From: Candidatus Latescibacterota bacterium
GTDB taxonomy: Bacteria > Latescibacterota > UBA2968 > UBA8231
Direction: 5' to 3'
Assembly (NCBI GenBank): GCA_963422735.1
Contig: OY730476.1
Coordinates: 2,752,001-2,816,000 of the forward strand
DNA: 64,000 nt
Part shown: piece after piece, positions 36,404 through 46,662 of the stretch
How positions within the stretch are numbered: position 1 is the first letter of the stretch
How the letters are laid out: every line of letters begins with the position of its first letter
The notes under the pieces: model-generated
What the model was told of the DNA's origin: nothing
What the model saw: only the letters and a program-made list of their open reading frames with translations
Databases searched by the model: none
Made by a program: the position numbers and the translations under genes

Positions 36404-37116
36404 TCTTGTCCCCAGGGCGTTGACGAGGAGGACAGCTTGAGCATCTGCACCGTGCTAGCCATCCCGATGTTGTATAGGGCGTCCAGTATGCCGAGTCCAG
36501 GGAGCCACTCCCACTGCTGCTGGTCGTAAGGCCATGAGGTGAACCGGGAGCACCTCAGGTCTAGGCCCGCTTGCTGAAACACGAATGGGTTGAGGTAGTC
36601 TTTGGCTCCCGACCCGCTCAGGTAGGTCGATCCGCCTACGGCTTGTACGGCATCCACCAGTCGCTCGTTGGGGCTGTCGCGGAGCGGTTCGCCTAAGTTC
36701 GAGGAACGCACGATCTCCAAGCTCAGGCCCATGCACTCAGCCATGTGGATAATCAGTCCCGTGTTCAGGTCGGCCAGCCGGGATCTCTTGAGGAGGCCGT
36801 AGGCCAACGGGCGGTAGAAGGGTGCTTTGCCATAGCAGGCTTGCAGGGTGCGCCGGTGCTTGTTGTCCCATCCATCCCGCACGATCTCCACATCGCGGAT
36901 CGCTTGGAGCCTGCGTCCGCGGGTGCGTACCGGCACGGTCAGCCATTGCGGTTCGCCATGCGTCCCCCGGATAAGTACGCGGTTGGTGTAGTTGTTCTTG
37001 CTGTACTGTATGTCGTCCAAAAGCACCAACACATCCGACTGAAAGACTTTTTGCCAGAAGCCGATCCACGGCAGGTACGTTGGCTCGTGACAGCAAACCA
37101 CTTTTTGCAGGCTCAT
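36373..37116 (-). CDS. WbqC family protein
   Basis: HEPTYLPWIGFWQK, LDDIQY, NRVLI, WLTVPV, YGKAPFY, YLSGSGAKDYL, ILDALYN. Confidence 0.88.
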   Translation of the reverse strand: MSLQKVVCCHEPTYLPWIGFWQKVFQSDVLVLLDDIQYSKNNYTNRVLIRGTHGEPQWLTVPVRTRGRRLQAIRDVEIVRDGWDNKHRRTLQACYGKAPFYRPLAYGLLKRSRLADLNTGLIIHMAECMGLSLEIVRSSNLGEPLRDSPNERLVDAVQAVGGSTYLSGSGAKDYLNPFVFQQAGLDLRCSRFTSWPYDQQQWEWLPGLGILDALYNIGMASTVQMLKLSSSSTPWGQEWTSRIESRA

Positions 37117-37175
37117 GGGTACGAATTCGCCTAGTCTCTTAACTCCCGATAATATCCCTTATAGGGAGTGCCAGC

Positions 37176-38312
37176 TCATCGGTATAGTCCGGTGATGGCA
37201 TCCACCACGCGGGACACATCATCATCGCTCATACCCGGGTGAATGGGCAGGTTGACCAGCATGCGGTAGACTTTTCGTGCATTGTGAAAATCGAAGGCAG
37301 CAGGACCCAATAGGCGGCGGTAGTAGGGTTGCATGTTTAGCGGCTTCCACAAGACGCCAGCCCCGATATGAAGGGTTTTCAGTCTATTCAGCACATCAGC
37401 GCGGGTGACGTCCGAGCGAGGGTTGATCCTGAGCGGATAGAGATGCCACGCATGGCGTCTGTGGTCTACCATTTCCGGTATGTACAGGTCGTGGATGTCC
37501 CTGAACGCACTGTTGTAGCACTGGGCTATGTGCGTCCTGTGCTCGATGGAGGCGTCCAGCCGACGGAGTTGGTGAATACCCAGCGCGGCCTGCAGGTCTG
37601 TCATGTTGTACTTGTAGCCCAGTTCCTCCACGTCGTAATCCCAGTTATGCTCGCGGGACCATGTCCTGCCGTGCATAGACAGCCTGCGCACCCGATCAAT
37701 TTTCTCCTTGTCCCCTGATGCTATCATGCCGCCGTCCCCCGTCGTCATGGACTTGGTGGCATAGAAGCTGAAGCATGTGAAGTCGCTGCCTAGGCCTCCT
37801 ACCCTCCTCCCTTCATACTCGGCCCCGACCGCATGGGCGGCGTCCTCAATGACCGCTAGCTGGTGTTTGTCGGCCATCTTGAGGATGGCGTCCATGCTGC
37901 ACACTTGGCCCCCGTAATGCATGACGATGATCGCCTTGGTTCGGTAGCTGATCTGCTGCTCAATATGCCTTGCGCTGATGTTCAAGGTGTGGAAGTTGCA
38001 GTCGACGAAGACGGGCGTGGCTCCGACATAGCGCACGGCGTGAGCCGTGGCGGCAAAGGTCAGGACCGGCACGATCACCTCGTCGCCGGGGCCGACCCCC
38101 GAGGCCAGCAGGGACAGGTGCAGGGCGGCTGTCCCTGAGCTGACGCCGACGATGTAGTCGGCTTGACAGTAGGCTGCAAACGCCTGCTCGAACTGCTCCG
38201 TCTTCGGACCTCTGGTGATCCAGCCCGACTCCAGCACGTCGATCAACTCTTGCTTTTCCTCGGGGCCGAAGGATGGAGGGGCGAAAGGAATGGGTCGGGT
38301 GCTGTGCTGCAT
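37176..38312 (-). CDS. DegT/DnrJ/EryC1/StrS sugar aminotransferase
   Basis: SSGTAALHL, IEDAAHAVG, FSFYATKSMTTGDGG (PLP lysine), GYKYNMTDLQAALG. Confidence 0.93.
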   Translation of the reverse strand: MQHSTRPIPFAPPSFGPEEKQELIDVLESGWITRGPKTEQFEQAFAAYCQADYIVGVSSGTAALHLSLLASGVGPGDEVIVPVLTFAATAHAVRYVGATPVFVDCNFHTLNISARHIEQQISYRTKAIIVMHYGGQVCSMDAILKMADKHQLAVIEDAAHAVGAEYEGRRVGGLGSDFTCFSFYATKSMTTGDGGMIASGDKEKIDRVRRLSMHGRTWSREHNWDYDVEELGYKYNMTDLQAALGIHQLRRLDASIEHRTHIAQCYNSAFRDIHDLYIPEMVDHRRHAWHLYPLRINPRSDVTRADVLNRLKTLHIGAGVLWKPLNMQPYYRRLLGPAAFDFHNARKVYRMLVNLPIHPGMSDDDVSRVVDAITGLYR

Positions 38313-38348
38313 GGATGTAAGGTAGGCCGCTTCGCTTGTACCGTCAAT

Positions 38349-38588
38349 ATACACACACTAATGGGTGTTATTTTTAGTCGATTTAGTCGTCCTTCCTTTT
38401 CAGTTCAAAAAAGACCCAATCGTCGTAAGAGGCCGCAAACGGCCTTTTCTGGCTAGTTTAGTCCGATCTTATATCCATACATACCTAGTACTAAGGAAGA
38501 CGATTTCAATATCTAGGCCCGCTCTCGCCCTTTTCCACAGCCTCAGACGATTCCCCTTCCCCTACGCCTTTCGGGCACAGGCTGTCTC
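38349..38588. repeat. ~240-bp non-coding direct repeat, copy 1
   Basis: Matches 43774-43998 apart from a few substitutions and one ~15-bp indel. Confidence 0.93.
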
Positions 38589-38710
38589 AGTGTCTCCCAG
38601 AGGCACACAAAGAAGCAGCCAAAAAGACCTACACAAAGAGGTGTAATTCTCCATTGGGAGAAGTAGGATATGCACTATAGGGTGTAGTTTATAATGATAA
38701 AATTATATCA

Positions 38711-38755
38711 TTTTACACTTGACCTTGTATTGGTATTTCGTACGTTGAGGGTATG
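38711..38755 (+). promoter_or_regulatory. Promoter cassette upstream of radC
   Basis: ttttacacttgacc-ttgtattggtatttcg-tacgtt-gagggt-ATG. Confidence 0.7.
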
Positions 38756-39430
38756 ATAACCACCACCACAAGGAAGGACGAGAGCATGAGCGGTATTACT
38801 TTTCACGGGGAGAAGCCGGATGATCGCCTGTATCGCCTCGGCCCCCAAGCCTTGCGCGACATCGAGATCTTGGCCATCTGCGTAAGGGATTCGAGCAAGG
38901 CCGAATACATTCTCGACAAGCACTCGAAAGAGTCGCTTGTCGACATGGACTTGAGTAAGATTATGAAGTTGGGCGTTCCCAAGTCCAAGGCCCAGGTGCT
39001 AGTGGCCGCGTTTGAGTTGGCGCGGCGCGGCCTGGGCAAGGGCTTGGGTATCAAGCCCGCCATCACTTCCCCTAGCGATGGGGTAGCGCAGCTTCAGGGC
39101 ATAGCGGACCATCAGCGCGAGCACTTCGTCTGCTTGTACCTGAATGCCCGCAACCAAGTCATTCACAAGGAGGTCGTCTCCATCGGCAGCCTGTCGGCGG
39201 CCATCGTCCACCCGCGGGAGGTCTTCCGCGAGGGCGTTGTTCGGAGCGCGGCTAGCGTGATCTTGGCACACAACCATCCGTCCGGCGACGTGTCGCCGAG
39301 TCAGGACGACATCAACCTGACGCGGCGCTTGGTGCAGGCCGGCGAAATCATGGGCATTGACGTGCTCGACCACCTCATCATTGGCAGCGACGACTTCCTC
39401 AGCATGAAAGAGAGAGGATTGATGTCATGA
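38753..39430 (+). CDS. radC: RadC/JAB domain protein
   Basis: VHPREVF, HNHPSGDVSPSQDD, VLDHLII. Confidence 0.92.
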   Translation: MITTTTRKDESMSGITFHGEKPDDRLYRLGPQALRDIEILAICVRDSSKAEYILDKHSKESLVDMDLSKIMKLGVPKSKAQVLVAAFELARRGLGKGLGIKPAITSPSDGVAQLQGIADHQREHFVCLYLNARNQVIHKEVVSIGSLSAAIVHPREVFREGVVRSAASVILAHNHPSGDVSPSQDDINLTRRLVQAGEIMGIDVLDHLIIGSDDFLSMKERGLMS

Positions 39431-39467
39431 ATATCAATCACTCCAGACAATGAGGAGCGTCTGAGGC

Positions 39468-40169
39468 ATGGAGCAACTGACGCTGTTTGAGCGCGGTAGG
39501 CCCCACCCAGCCAAGTACTCGGCCGGTGTGATTGTCGATGCGTTTGCTCGCCTGATCCCGGCCCCTGCGCTGGTGCTAGACCCTTTTGGTGGCGTGGGCG
39601 GCATCCACCATCTACGCAAGCTCGGCGAGTACCGCACGGTAGCCGTCGAGATAGAGCGCGAATGGGCGATGGCCTCCCCCGGGCACACCGTGCAGGGTGA
39701 CTCCACCTGCCTGCCTTTTGCGGACGACACGTTTGACGCCGTGGCGACCAGCCCAGCCTACGGCAACCGTATGGCCGACTCCAATCCGCCGTCTCCCAAG
39801 AATGCCAATTTTGTTGCCCGAAAATATCAGTTCTTGCTGGGCCGCAAGATGCACCCTAACAATGGATCCTCTATGCACTTTGGAGTGCCCTACCGGAAAC
39901 TCCATACTGAGGTCTGGCGGGAGGTCCGGCGGGTACTGCGGCCCGGTGGTGTGCTGCTGTTGAACATGAAAGACCATATCCGTCGTGGAGTTCCGCAGCC
40001 AGTTGTCGCTTGGCACTGCACTACCCTGAGCGGCTTGGGGGGGTTCCACATGGACACGATCTGGGGACTCTCGACGCCAGGAATTCCGATTGATAAGTGG
40101 CAGCGCAACGCTAAGAAAGAGCGATGCGGTGACGGGGAATTGGTGGTGAGGTTCTTTCTTAACAAATAA
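39468..40169 (+). CDS. Amino (N6-A/N4-C) DNA methyltransferase
   Basis: HPAKY, VLDPFGGVG, TSPAY, RVLRPGG. Confidence 0.8.
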   Translation: MEQLTLFERGRPHPAKYSAGVIVDAFARLIPAPALVLDPFGGVGGIHHLRKLGEYRTVAVEIEREWAMASPGHTVQGDSTCLPFADDTFDAVATSPAYGNRMADSNPPSPKNANFVARKYQFLLGRKMHPNNGSSMHFGVPYRKLHTEVWREVRRVLRPGGVLLLNMKDHIRRGVPQPVVAWHCTTLSGLGGFHMDTIWGLSTPGIPIDKWQRNAKKERCGDGELVVRFFLNK

Positions 40170-40177
40170 TTTTACCA

Positions 40178-40223
40178 TTTTTACACTTGACATACGGATG
40201 ATGCTTCGTACGTTGCGGGTATG
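40178..40223 (+). promoter_or_regulatory. Promoter cassette
   Basis: ttttacacttgaca-tacggatgatgcttcg-tacgtt-gcgggt-ATG. Confidence 0.7.
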
Positions 40224-40247
40224 TTAACCACCACAAGGGGGTAAAAG

Positions 40248-40454
40248 ATGAAAGATCGCACCCGAGACTTTTTGGTCGGCTACTTGCAGACGATGCCGGA
40301 CTGCGTGGCCAAGGCGGCCCTAGAGGACGCCTTGGCTATGGGTAGCATCTGCTACTTCGGCCACCTGATCGCCGACCTGATGGCCGGCGAGTACATCACG
40401 GTCCATCGGGCCAGCAGCCTGCTCGACCTGATCGCCACTGGGGAGGGCTATTAG
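40248..40454 (+). CDS. Hypothetical phage protein
   Basis: RBS and ATG after the promoter cassette; operon-like spacing. Confidence 0.5.
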   Translation: MKDRTRDFLVGYLQTMPDCVAKAALEDALAMGSICYFGHLIADLMAGEYITVHRASSLLDLIATGEGY

Positions 40455-40455
40455 G

Positions 40456-40743
40456 ATGAGCCCACAAGCCGCAGCCGAGATTTTGAGGTTGACCGCCTTG
40501 GATGGCAATCTGGGAACCGATGCCGCTAAGGCGATTGATGCCGCCTTTTGCAAGTACCCAACGTGGCCCGAGTTCAGCATGGCCGCTTGGTCAAACCTAG
40601 TCGGCGAAGTGGCCCGATGCGCTTCCTATTTACCCACCGGCAATGCCGAAGCGTGGGCTTGGGTGGCTCGCCAAGCTTTGGAACTGTCCCTAGCGCACTC
40701 GCCCATGAACAACGATGGGCACTTTTGGCAAAGTGACAGGTAG
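40456..40743 (+). CDS. Hypothetical phage protein
   Basis: 1 bp after the previous stop. Confidence 0.5.
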   Translation: MSPQAAAEILRLTALDGNLGTDAAKAIDAAFCKYPTWPEFSMAAWSNLVGEVARCASYLPTGNAEAWAWVARQALELSLAHSPMNNDGHFWQSDR

Positions 40744-40749
40744 GGTGAT

Positions 40750-41847
40750 ATGACACTCGCCGAGCGCATAAAGGAGATCGTGGGAGATCGCGGCTTCCGC
40801 TGGTCGCGCTCCTACGAGCACCAGTACAAGCAGATGCCCAGCCAGTGGCGGTCCAAGCTGCGGTCAATGGGCTTGATCGCCCGGCTGGATGACGACGAGG
40901 CCGTCCGGTCGGACGTGGTGGTCGAGGCCATCGGGCTGTCCGACGAGGACGACCTGCTTCGGGCTATAGCCGACCGCGAGCGGCTGCTGTCTGAGGACCA
41001 CGAGGAGATGCCGATGGACTACACGGACGACGAGGCCGCCTTTGGCTCGCTGGAGGTGCATCCGGCCCTTGCCTGCCTGCCGGTTGGCATGGATCTGACG
41101 GACTCGATCGAGGCCGATGGCCTAGCCCAGCCCATTGTCTTGGACGCTCAGATTCGCATCGTCGATGGTCGCTCACGGTTGGCCGCTTGCTTGGCGACAC
41201 AGACGCCCGTGCGATGGGTCTCCTTGGCTGACATTGCGCCGGGCATGGACCCGAGCGTGTATGTGATCATGTCCAACTGCGGTCCCCGGCGGTCGCTGAC
41301 AGCCAAAGAGAAGGCGGTCGCTGTCGCTCGCATCGTGCGCTCCGTGCGCAGCGCACAGGTCGTCTCTTTGGCGCGAGCGAGCGAGGTCAACAGGATGTAT
41401 GTCGAGTACGCCTTGAGCATCATGCGAAGCGATGAGGCAGACCTCATCGCCGCCCTCGACAGCGACTCGACGCCGCTCTACAAGCTGTACCACGAGCTGC
41501 GTGAACGCATCCGCCAGCGGGAGCAAGCCCGCGCCGACAAGCTGCTCGATGCGTGGATGAAGATCTACCAGCCCCATATCCCGATGGACCGCTGGCTGCC
41601 TGCCAGAGGCCAGTCCACCACGGACACCCTCTCGGCGACGGGCTTGTGCTTGTGGCGCAAGGCCGAGGAGGATAGGCCGTCGGGGTACGGGGAGTTGGTA
41701 GTCGGAGACGTGGAGCTGGCCGAGGCAGATAGGCCGTTGGAGGTCCCACTGGAGGAGTGGCCCCGCGACGCACTAATACAAGAAGTTCGCCATCTCCGGG
41801 CCCTTTTGGACTCGGCGGGCATCCCCCACCATCATCACAAGGAGTAG
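40750..41847 (+). CDS. ParB-like domain protein
   Basis: SIEADGLAQPIVL...IVDGRSRLAAC, SN...RRSLT. Confidence 0.7.
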   Translation: MTLAERIKEIVGDRGFRWSRSYEHQYKQMPSQWRSKLRSMGLIARLDDDEAVRSDVVVEAIGLSDEDDLLRAIADRERLLSEDHEEMPMDYTDDEAAFGSLEVHPALACLPVGMDLTDSIEADGLAQPIVLDAQIRIVDGRSRLAACLATQTPVRWVSLADIAPGMDPSVYVIMSNCGPRRSLTAKEKAVAVARIVRSVRSAQVVSLARASEVNRMYVEYALSIMRSDEADLIAALDSDSTPLYKLYHELRERIRQREQARADKLLDAWMKIYQPHIPMDRWLPARGQSTTDTLSATGLCLWRKAEEDRPSGYGELVVGDVELAEADRPLEVPLEEWPRDALIQEVRHLRALLDSAGIPHHHHKE

Positions 41848-41853
41848 AAAGTC

Positions 41854-42135
41854 GTGAACGAAATCCCTAGGGGCAAGAAAGACATCCGGGTGGGGCGATC
41901 CAAGCCTGGCCGCTACGACAAGTCCCAGTGGGGAGGCTTTCGCCGCCTCGCTTGCGCGGTGATCATCCGTGCGGTCTTTGACCTGAGCAACGAGCAGGAG
42001 CGGGCCTCGGCTCGTTGCTTCTTGTTGGACGACTGCAACCCGTGGGCTGAGGCCAGCGAGATCGCCGACATCCACGAGCGGCTAGCGGCCATCGTCCGCG
42101 AGAGCGACCTACTACTAGAGAGGGATGAGACATGA
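41854..42135 (+). CDS. Hypothetical phage protein (possible regulator)
   Basis: LACAVIIRAVFDL...ARCFL pattern; operon spacing. Confidence 0.5.
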   Translation: MNEIPRGKKDIRVGRSKPGRYDKSQWGGFRRLACAVIIRAVFDLSNEQERASARCFLLDDCNPWAEASEIADIHERLAAIVRESDLLLERDET

Positions 42136-42752
42136 AGATCGGTTCGCACTACGACGTCCCGCAGGTACGGGCCATCTGGCGGGCCACCGTCCCGCGCTGG
42201 CTGCCGGTGCTCGGCCCGCTGCACATGGACGAGGAGTTGAATTTTGCTCATTGGCATTGGCACATCGATCAGCGGTTTCTGCCGACCCCCATCTACCGCC
42301 AGTGCCTTAGCGAGACGAACCCCCCATCTCCCCATTACTTATACAACTTTCCGATCATGGTAGGCCTCGTTGTTCCTCTCGGCCGTCGCACCGTCAACGA
42401 CGAGACGGGCTACATCGTCGGCGTCAATCCCAAGTGGCATTCGGCGGAGTATGAGCGCACCGTCTCCGACTATCTGCGGTCGCTCCCGCGGGAGACTTGG
42501 CTCCGCGTGAGCCGTATGACCTACAAGAGGCCCTTCGAGCGCTGCGAAGCTCACGCCTCGCTGCGGTCAAAGCTGGCAGTCACCCACCGCGGTGCGACGC
42601 TTAACCTGCGTCGCACCGTTTGCCCACACCGAGGCGCAGACCTGTCCGGCATCGAGCCGGTGGACGGCGTGATCACCTGCCCACTGCACGGAATGCAGTT
42701 CTGCGCTCGAACCGGAAAGGCAATCCACCCAACCACAGGAAGGAGGGCATGA
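42132..42752 (+). CDS. Rieske [2Fe-2S] domain protein
   Basis: CPHRGADL...ITCPLHGMQF; His-rich N-terminal region. Confidence 0.8.
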   Translation: MKIGSHYDVPQVRAIWRATVPRWLPVLGPLHMDEELNFAHWHWHIDQRFLPTPIYRQCLSETNPPSPHYLYNFPIMVGLVVPLGRRTVNDETGYIVGVNPKWHSAEYERTVSDYLRSLPRETWLRVSRMTYKRPFERCEAHASLRSKLAVTHRGATLNLRRTVCPHRGADLSGIEPVDGVITCPLHGMQFCARTGKAIHPTTGRRA

Positions 42753-42853
42753 AGAACGAGTATCATTTGCGGCATGCCCCAAGAGGTCGCTCAAGCGATT
42801 GCCGACCGCGGCACAATCGTTGTCGAGTTCCTGTAAGGGGGCTAGTTATGGGC

Positions 42854-42898
42854 GAAAGCCCCCGGATATGGAGATGGTTCCGTCCGGGGGCTTTCTTT
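42854..42898 (+). terminator. Intrinsic terminator between convergent genes
   Basis: gaaagcccccgga...tccgggggctttc-ttt. Confidence 0.7.
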
Positions 42899-42952
42899 GA
42901 TCCGATGAGTGCGGACTGGCTCAAGGCCGGCCCGCCTCGGGATCGTTATGTC

Positions 42953-43204
42953 TCAGTTGGATAAAAATCTAGATACGAATATAGGGTAGAGAAGTACAAT
43001 GTTAATGCCAAGCGACACGAAAAGGGAGAGACCCAAGCAGCGTCTATTGCTTCGGAGTCGCCTCTCCAGCTTATTGAATGATTCCAGCAGGATGACCAAT
43101 CCCTTCGATGACGACTTAGGCGTCGCAGGGTCCAAGCTGCGGATGCGTTCAAACTGATCGACTTTGCAACGGATGTTGCGGCGTTCCCCTTTTGGCTTTG
43201 TCAT
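42953..43204 (-). CDS. Small protein with C-terminal TM helix
   Basis: GAGGGGAG RBS; LGLSLFVSLGINIVLLYPIFV. Confidence 0.5.
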   Translation of the reverse strand: MTKPKGERRNIRCKVDQFERIRSLDPATPKSSSKGLVILLESFNKLERRLRSNRRCLGLSLFVSLGINIVLLYPIFVSRFLSN

Positions 43205-43224
43205 CGTACTCCCCTCTTTCGGAG

Positions 43225-43680
43225 TTAGGTCCTTTTCTTTTTTAAGTGGTATCGGCTCTTTTGCCACTCGCTGGCCTTGCGTCCACAGTCCTCGCACAGC
43301 CGCCGGTTGGGCCTAGCCGGACGAGCACAGCGAATGCACTTACCCGTCGCAGCGCGAAGATTGTATCGCTGACCATGATCCCTCTTAGTTAGCTTCGAGC
43401 ACGCGGCACACAGCGTGGAGCCCTCCAGCCTCGGGCGGTTGCACCGACCGCACCGACCGCTAGACAGGCGCACCCTACGCCGTTTCCTATGATTAGCCAA
43501 GCACGCCTCGCATCGACCGCCTCTACCCTTGCCACCTCTACAATCCTTGCCGCATTCGAAGCATTTGCCCGACGCGACGCGCTTCCGATACCATTCTCGC
43601 CGCTTAGCCAAGCACATCTCGCATCGGATACGATCCGGTCTCTTGACTTCGTTGCCACAACTACACCTTTTCTTACTCAT
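43225..43680 (-). CDS. Cys/Arg-rich multi-CxxC zinc-ribbon protein
   Basis: Repeated CxxC pairs; promoter-like tacacttgaca upstream on the - strand. Confidence 0.65.
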   Translation of the reverse strand: MSKKRCSCGNEVKRPDRIRCEMCLAKRREWYRKRVASGKCFECGKDCRGGKGRGGRCEACLANHRKRRRVRLSSGRCGRCNRPRLEGSTLCAACSKLTKRDHGQRYNLRAATGKCIRCARPARPNRRLCEDCGRKASEWQKSRYHLKKKRT

Positions 43681-43773
43681 ACAGGCTACCCCTTTTTGAA
43701 TACTTGTCAAGGTAGGGTGATGCAGTCTTTGTGTCAAGTGTATTTTTAGGGTGCGTCGATGGCTACGGACGAC

Positions 43774-43998
43774 ATACACACACTAATAGGTGTTATTTTT
43801 AGTCGATCTATTCGTCCTTCCTTTTCAGTTCAAAAAAGACCCAATCGTCGTAAGAGGCCGCAAACGGCCTTTTCTCGCTAGTTTAGTCCGATCTTATATC
43901 CATACATACCTAGTACTAAGGAAGACGTCCGCTCTCGCCCTTTTCAACAGCCTAAGACGATTCCCCTTCCCCTACTCCTTTCGGGCACAGGCTGTCTC
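43774..43998. repeat. ~225-bp non-coding direct repeat, copy 2
   Basis: Matches 38349-38588. Confidence 0.93.
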
Positions 43999-44127
43999 TC
44001 CTTCTTCACGTTGGTGTTTCCGATCCTCCATCTGCTAGGCTCCAGTGCGCCCCATTGAACCAGGCCACCAGCGAGTAGCGCATCCCCGGTGTCTGCTCAG
44101 GCGCGAAGTGCGCCTAGCATTAGCTGG

Positions 44128-44502
44128 TCACTTTCTCTCCCCTATATCCCATATAGCCAGCTTATCGCCGGGGAAGGTTAGGCGGCCATTATTAATCCCG
44201 TAGGATACTTCGCCATCCTCGGGCTCAATGCCGATGTAATCCCAAGGGTACGTGTGATAGACCCACTCCCCTTTTGACAGCACAGTCGCCGTCAACCCTA
44301 GGCGCGACCAGTAGAGTAGGCCGGGGCGGTCATACATGCAGCGTGTCCCATTAGCTACGCCTTTGGCTACAAAAGACAGTCGTATGGCAGGGCCTGATTC
44401 GGTAGTAACTTCTTCGGGGGCGATAAGGGCCTGATCCTTAGAGCAAGCACCTAGGCCTAGTACAGCGACTAGGATGGCGCAGATGATGCATCGGTAAAAC
44501 AT
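44128..44502 (-). CDS. Lipoprotein
   Basis: Signal peptide with lipobox LGAC; GGAGG RBS. Confidence 0.7.
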   Translation of the reverse strand: MFYRCIICAILVAVLGLGACSKDQALIAPEEVTTESGPAIRLSFVAKGVANGTRCMYDRPGLLYWSRLGLTATVLSKGEWVYHTYPWDYIGIEPEDGEVSYGINNGRLTFPGDKLAIWDIGERK

Positions 44503-44645
44503 GGATTACCTCCACACTAGAACCAAAGGAATTAGGGTTGTCAATTGGCAATTATAATCATTGCCAGAAGAAAAATAAAGGGAAGGGTAAGAGGCGGCCT
44601 GTACTTAGGGACGACAAGTGCCCCTTCGTGCATGCCCGCGTTCCT

Positions 44646-44963
44646 TTAGGATGAGGGTTTCGGTCGCAGCGTATCTAATTGCGCTACGATCGACTCGAGG
44701 ATCTCGCACTGCGCCGACAGACGCTCCAAGCCGATAATCAGCCCAATCGGGCCGAGCTCTTTGCGCGTCGCCTCGCATTGGTGCTCAAGGTTGTTGTAGA
44801 GTCCGCTCAGGTGCTGGTGAAGCTGAGCCAGCGCGTCGTCGTCGCCCTGCTGGCCGAGCAAGCCCTGGAGGCTTTCGAGGGCATCGGCCTCCTCTTGAGG
44901 GGTTGTGGCCGCGCCCAACGTTGCGGCGGCACCGACGATTTGCTCTTTGTCATTCGGGTTCAT
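44646..44963 (-). CDS. Hypothetical phage protein
   Basis: GAGGAG RBS; start overlaps the upstream stop. Confidence 0.55.
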   Translation of the reverse strand: MNPNDKEQIVGAAATLGAATTPQEEADALESLQGLLGQQGDDDALAQLHQHLSGLYNNLEHQCEATRKELGPIGLIIGLERLSAQCEILESIVAQLDTLRPKPSS

Positions 44964-45163
44964 TGTACAATCTCCTCGACGGCCTCTCGCCATCCGTCCG
45001 GGGGGCTGTCGCCGGAGTCGGACCACTCAATGAGCCGACAGGCTTCGGCACAGACCAACAAGTGCTCGCCCAAGGCCCGGCGCAAGGGGTCGCCTTCTTC
45101 GGTCAACTGTTCACCGAGCCTGCGCACCGCCTGATATTGATACTCCCAACTTCCGCCACTCAT
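44960..45163 (-). CDS. Hypothetical phage protein (MSGGSW...EWxxSGD type)
   Basis: GGAGGAG RBS; translational coupling. Confidence 0.6.
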   Translation of the reverse strand: MSGGSWEYQYQAVRRLGEQLTEEGDPLRRALGEHLLVCAEACRLIEWSDSGDSPPDGWREAVEEIVQ

Positions 45164-45456
45164 TCGGCCGGCTCCTCCGCGGTGGCAAGTTCGTCCAGTG
45201 CGGTCTGCAAGGGAGTGGTCGTATCGAGGAGGGCTTGCCTTTCGAGCTGGCCGCGCTCGACCTCCTCCCGTGCGTTCTTCGCACAGCAGGTGAAACATTC
45301 GGCTTTCTGCGGGTTGGTGTCTTTGGCCGCGGCGGCCTTCTTAGTCCAAAAATCAGCCTCCTCCTCTTTCTCTTGGATATAGTTCGTCCAAGTTTGGACT
45401 AACTCGTTTTGTTGAGTCAGTGCCCCTTGCAGTCGTTGCTGAATAGATTGAGACAT
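45160..45456 (-). CDS. Hypothetical coiled-coil protein
   Basis: AAGGGAG RBS; downstream of the fibre ORF. Confidence 0.55.
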   Translation of the reverse strand: MSQSIQQRLQGALTQQNELVQTWTNYIQEKEEEADFWTKKAAAAKDTNPQKAECFTCCAKNAREEVERGQLERQALLDTTTPLQTALDELATAEEPAE

Positions 45457-45495
45457 GATCGTCTCCCTTCTGGGGGTAAACGTTGAGATAGTTGA

Positions 45496-46662
<1,167 letters not shown>

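Noticed and set aside
33049-38312. Ordinary O-antigen or serotype-conversion cluster
   Set aside because: No Wzx/Wzy/Gtr membrane components; the genes are interleaved with ParB and terS-like genes. Disfavoured, not excluded
38365-38646. ORFs MLFLVDL... here and at 43790..44038
   Set aside because: They lie within the direct repeat, lack an RBS and diverge after it; probably non-coding
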